Source: Planctomycetota bacterium (GTDB taxonomy: Bacteria > Planctomycetota > UBA1135 > UBA2386). From it: DNA of 64,000 bases. The DNA is taken from NCBI GenBank assembly GCA_947501605.1, contig CANMWZ010000003.1, forward strand, positions 228,298-292,297, written 5' to 3'. This document shows positions 61,156-64,000 of the stretch, piece by piece. The stretch's first letter is position 1. Every line of letters starts with the position of its first letter. A program made the translations under genes and the position numbers. A model generated the notes under the pieces. It had not been told where the DNA came from. It did no database searches and was given only the letters and a program-made list of their open reading frames with translations.

Positions 61156-62856
61156 TCAGCGACCGACAGTGTCGCCCGGCTGATAGGCCTTCTGTTCCTT
61201 CCTGCCGATGGAGGGCGCCTTCTGGTGCTCCAGTTCGTCGGCCAACGCACCGGCGGAGTACACCTTGCGCAGCGCCTCGATGATGATCGCCGGGTGGACC
61301 GATACCGTGCGCGACACGTCGTCGTCGAACACGAAGTTGTTCCCAAGCATCTCGATGTTGCCGTCGAAGATCAGCCCTACGACGCGGCGATCCTTGTCGA
61401 TCATCGGCGAGCCCGAGTTGCCGCCGATGATGTCGCAGGTGGCGACGAAGTTGTATGGCGTCTTCAGATCGAACTTCGGCAATGCATCAAGCCAGGCCTG
61501 CGGCAGCTCGAACGGGTGCTGCCCGCTGAATTCCGTGTGGCGCGCGAACAAGCCGTAGAGACTCGTGTAGTACGGAGCGATGGTGCCGTTCATGGGGAAG
61601 CCCTTGACGACGCCGTCGCTGATGCGCAGCGACATGGTCGCATCCGGGGGGATCGACGTTCCGTAAACCGCGAAGCAGGCCTCGCCGATCCGCTTCTGCT
61701 CGGCACTCTCGAGCTGCGCCAGCTCTTGCATCTTCTTCGGATCCGACATTGCCGCGGTCTTCTGGACCTGCAACGCCGCGACCTTGTCCCAGGCATCACC
61801 GCAGCGCTTCTGCAGGGCTTGGTCCTTGGCTACCGCAGCACGAAGGTCCGCCTCTGCCTGCTGCTTGATCGCCATGATGCGTGGGTTCTTCAGGCCATCG
61901 AGGTAGCCCTGCACGGCCTTCCTTGTGTTCTCGTTGCGCAGAATCGTCGCACGCAGCTTGCGCTCCTCCTCCGGGCTCTCCTTGGCCTTTTGATTCAAGG
62001 AATCGAGCTCGGCATGAATCTGCTTCAACCGCGCGGGAAACGACTGGTCGCGCAAGAACTCACACTGCGCAACGGTCTTGAGGCGCCCGGTCGTGCCGGG
62101 ATTGCCGGTCACGAAGACGAGGTCCCCCTCCTTCGCACCCTCGGTCCGCCACGCGAAGTAGTTCGCCAAGCTGTCAACCGGCTTGCCGTTGCTGTAGGCG
62201 CGAACAAACGTGAAGTCGAGGCCCCAGCGCGGATAGCAAAAGTTGTCCGGATCGCCGCCGAAGTGCGCGATCTGCCCGTGCGGTGCGCAGACCAGTCGCA
62301 GGTCGTCATAGACCTGGAAGCTGTACAGCTGGTACATGCCGCCTTGGTACAGCGCCACCACTTGGTGCATGTGTGCTGGGTCCTGCTCTTCGGCCTGCTT
62401 TTGCACGGCCTCGGCACCCAGTTCGTTCACCTGCTTCGTGACTTCTTGCTGTCGCACCATCTGCGACATGAGAAAGCCAGGAAGCTTGACCTCGGCCTCA
62501 TACGACCCGGAATAGAAGCCATCCCTCAGCCAGTCGCTGGCGCCTTGCACTGCAACGATCGCATCGCGGGCGCAATGGTGATTCGTCATGATCAACCCAT
62601 GCGGGCTGACGAACGAAGCGGAACAGAAGAAGCTGGTCTTGCCGGCATCGTCCTTCCGGCCAAAGCGCAGCGAAGACAGCCGCGCGTGATCGAGCCATTG
62701 TTGGTCCGGCTTCCAGTCGTAAGCCTGCTGGAACCAACCGAGCGGCGCGTTCTCGAACGTCCACATGCGCCCGAGCTCCTTGTGCTCTTGCGCAGGAAGG
62801 GCGAATGAGATCAGGGCGGAGGAGAGGAGTGCGAGCGGACGCAGTTTTGTATGCAT
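61156..62856 (-). CDS. S46 family dipeptidyl peptidase (short form)
   Basis: MWTF, CSASFVS, TNHHC, FGGDPDNF, GNPG, DIIGGNSGSP and FDGN. Confidence 0.92.
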   Translation of the reverse strand: MHTKLRPLALLSSALISFALPAQEHKELGRMWTFENAPLGWFQQAYDWKPDQQWLDHARLSSLRFGRKDDAGKTSFFCSASFVSPHGLIMTNHHCARDAIVAVQGASDWLRDGFYSGSYEAEVKLPGFLMSQMVRQQEVTKQVNELGAEAVQKQAEEQDPAHMHQVVALYQGGMYQLYSFQVYDDLRLVCAPHGQIAHFGGDPDNFCYPRWGLDFTFVRAYSNGKPVDSLANYFAWRTEGAKEGDLVFVTGNPGTTGRLKTVAQCEFLRDQSFPARLKQIHAELDSLNQKAKESPEEERKLRATILRNENTRKAVQGYLDGLKNPRIMAIKQQAEADLRAAVAKDQALQKRCGDAWDKVAALQVQKTAAMSDPKKMQELAQLESAEQKRIGEACFAVYGTSIPPDATMSLRISDGVVKGFPMNGTIAPYYTSLYGLFARHTEFSGQHPFELPQAWLDALPKFDLKTPYNFVATCDIIGGNSGSPMIDKDRRVVGLIFDGNIEMLGNNFVFDDDVSRTVSVHPAIIIEALRKVYSAGALADELEHQKAPSIGRKEQKAYQPGDTVGR

Positions 62857-62947
62857 GACTCGGGGTTCGATCGGAGCGAAGAGCCGAGTCTACGAACGGT
62901 CCCGCAGCCCTGCGAACGCTGCGGGAGCAATCTGCTGACGACAAGGC

Positions 62948-63514
62948 TCAGGCATCGCCGCCAGCGGCGCGCCCGCGGCCACGGCCACGGGGATGCTGCT
63001 CACGCTGACGGTCGTCGGCCGGCAGCTCCTGACCGCGCCCATTGCGCGGGCTGCGCCCAGTCGTCCCCTGGCCAGAACCAGCCTGCGCTCGCAAGCCGCG
63101 GTTGTGGCGCCGCTCCATGGGACCCGCTGCGTCCTCACGGTCGATCGGCCGCCTACCGCGCTGACCTTCTGGACCACCAGTAGCATTGCGCCGCGAGTCC
63201 AGCGCTCGCATCGGCGGCCGACGCATGCCCCCGCGCCCCTCACCCGCACGCCGCCCATCCGGCCGCTGCGCCCGCCTCTCCTGCAGCCGCTGCCGCATCT
63301 CTTGCAGCCGCTCGCGGACCCTCTCGCCCCGCCCCTGCATCCGCTGCTGGACGCGCTGGCGCATGTCGTTGCTTCTCGGTCCATCCGTCTCCGCCTGCGA
63401 GTTGCGGCGTTCGATCAGCGGGCCACTGCCGGACGCGGCGCGGCGTTCGCCTCGCTGGGCCGCAACGGTCATCGAGAGGCAGGCAATCATCACACACAGC
63501 AGCAGTCGTCGCAT
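62948..63514 (-). CDS. Secreted Arg/Gly/Gln-rich low-complexity protein
   Basis: MRRLLLCVMIACLSMTVAAQ signal peptide; coiled-coil-like middle region. Confidence 0.6.
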   Translation of the reverse strand: MRRLLLCVMIACLSMTVAAQRGERRAASGSGPLIERRNSQAETDGPRSNDMRQRVQQRMQGRGERVRERLQEMRQRLQERRAQRPDGRRAGEGRGGMRRPPMRALDSRRNATGGPEGQRGRRPIDREDAAGPMERRHNRGLRAQAGSGQGTTGRSPRNGRGQELPADDRQREQHPRGRGRGRAAGGDA

Positions 63515-63692
63515 TGGCTTCACCTGGGTTTCTGGTTGCCACTGCAACGCATCCCGGCCCCGGGTTCCCACTGCAGATCGCGCGCACCGACGCCTTCCGA
63601 ACCACAACCTCGAAGCCAACGAGGGCACACGCGCCGCGGACCGCACCCTACCCTCCGGCCGCAACAACCGGAGGGGCTCATGCAAGTGGATG

Positions 63693-64000
63693 TCAGGCCC
63701 AGAGTACGAGGCCGCGCAAGGCCACCTCTTGGCCCGGAGCTCGCGCGCGAACGCGCATACCATGCGAGTAGCGGCCGGTTCGCTCGACGCGGTGTGTGCC
63801 GCCAAAGCCGTGCACTGTGCCGCGGAGAACCCCCGTCGACTTCATCGGCACGATGAGCAGCACTTGCGTGCCCACCGCACTCTGCTGCTCGATCACCATC
63901 TCCACCACAACGTCACTTGCTTGCAGCGAGCCGAGTTCGATTTCCAACATGGCGTCGAGGTGCTGCCCGACCTTGAAGTCCTGCAGCTCGACCGTGTTGG
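63693..64000 (-). CDS. 3' end of a probable alpha-glucan phosphorylase (partial)
   Basis: Frame open to the window edge; VG...LGSLQASDVVVE...TGRYSHGMRV...LVLWA resembles the GlgP C-terminal domain. Confidence 0.6.
   Translation of the reverse strand, partial: NTVELQDFKVGQHLDAMLEIELGSLQASDVVVEMVIEQQSAVGTQVLLIVPMKSTGVLRGTVHGFGGTHRVERTGRYSHGMRVRARAPGQEVALRGLVLWA

Overview
GC-rich bacterial chromosome segment of mostly housekeeping genes. Gene content and style suggest an uncultured Planctomycetota-like organism (inference only). Main blocks in order: (1) rplC with its own promoter and no rpsJ, followed by an unannotated 53-aa basic ORF; (2) a sulfate-activation and glycan-export cluster (HAL2-type PAP phosphatase, wzm, wzt, sulfotransferase-like gene, cysC, cysD, cysNC, SLC13 transporter); (3) BatA/DUF58 genes and a Gld-like ABC system; (4) rho with a poly-Gly/Arg N-terminus, divergent from clpP; (5) cnoX, a GAF-PP2C phosphatase and a divergent STAS/PilZ-like protein; (6) rpmH, an M20 hydrolase, HtrA and an asnB-GT4-Nudix operon; (7) rlmI, pheT-pheS-rplT-rpmI, a Kgd-type fused oxoglutarate dehydrogenase and infC; (8) an S9 peptidase, four pseudopilins, serS, Nudix/Lon-N/AAA genes, a shortened S46 peptidase and the 3' end of a glucan phosphorylase. 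Two diverged copies of a ~160-bp MITE with YTAG flanks are present. I saw no CRISPR array, tRNA, rRNA or intact transposase. The best candidates for undescribed biology are a possible sulfate-capped glycan export system and the small basic protein in the ribosomal operon. All calls come from reading motifs by eye; no database searches were run, and many start codons were re-chosen from the ORF track.
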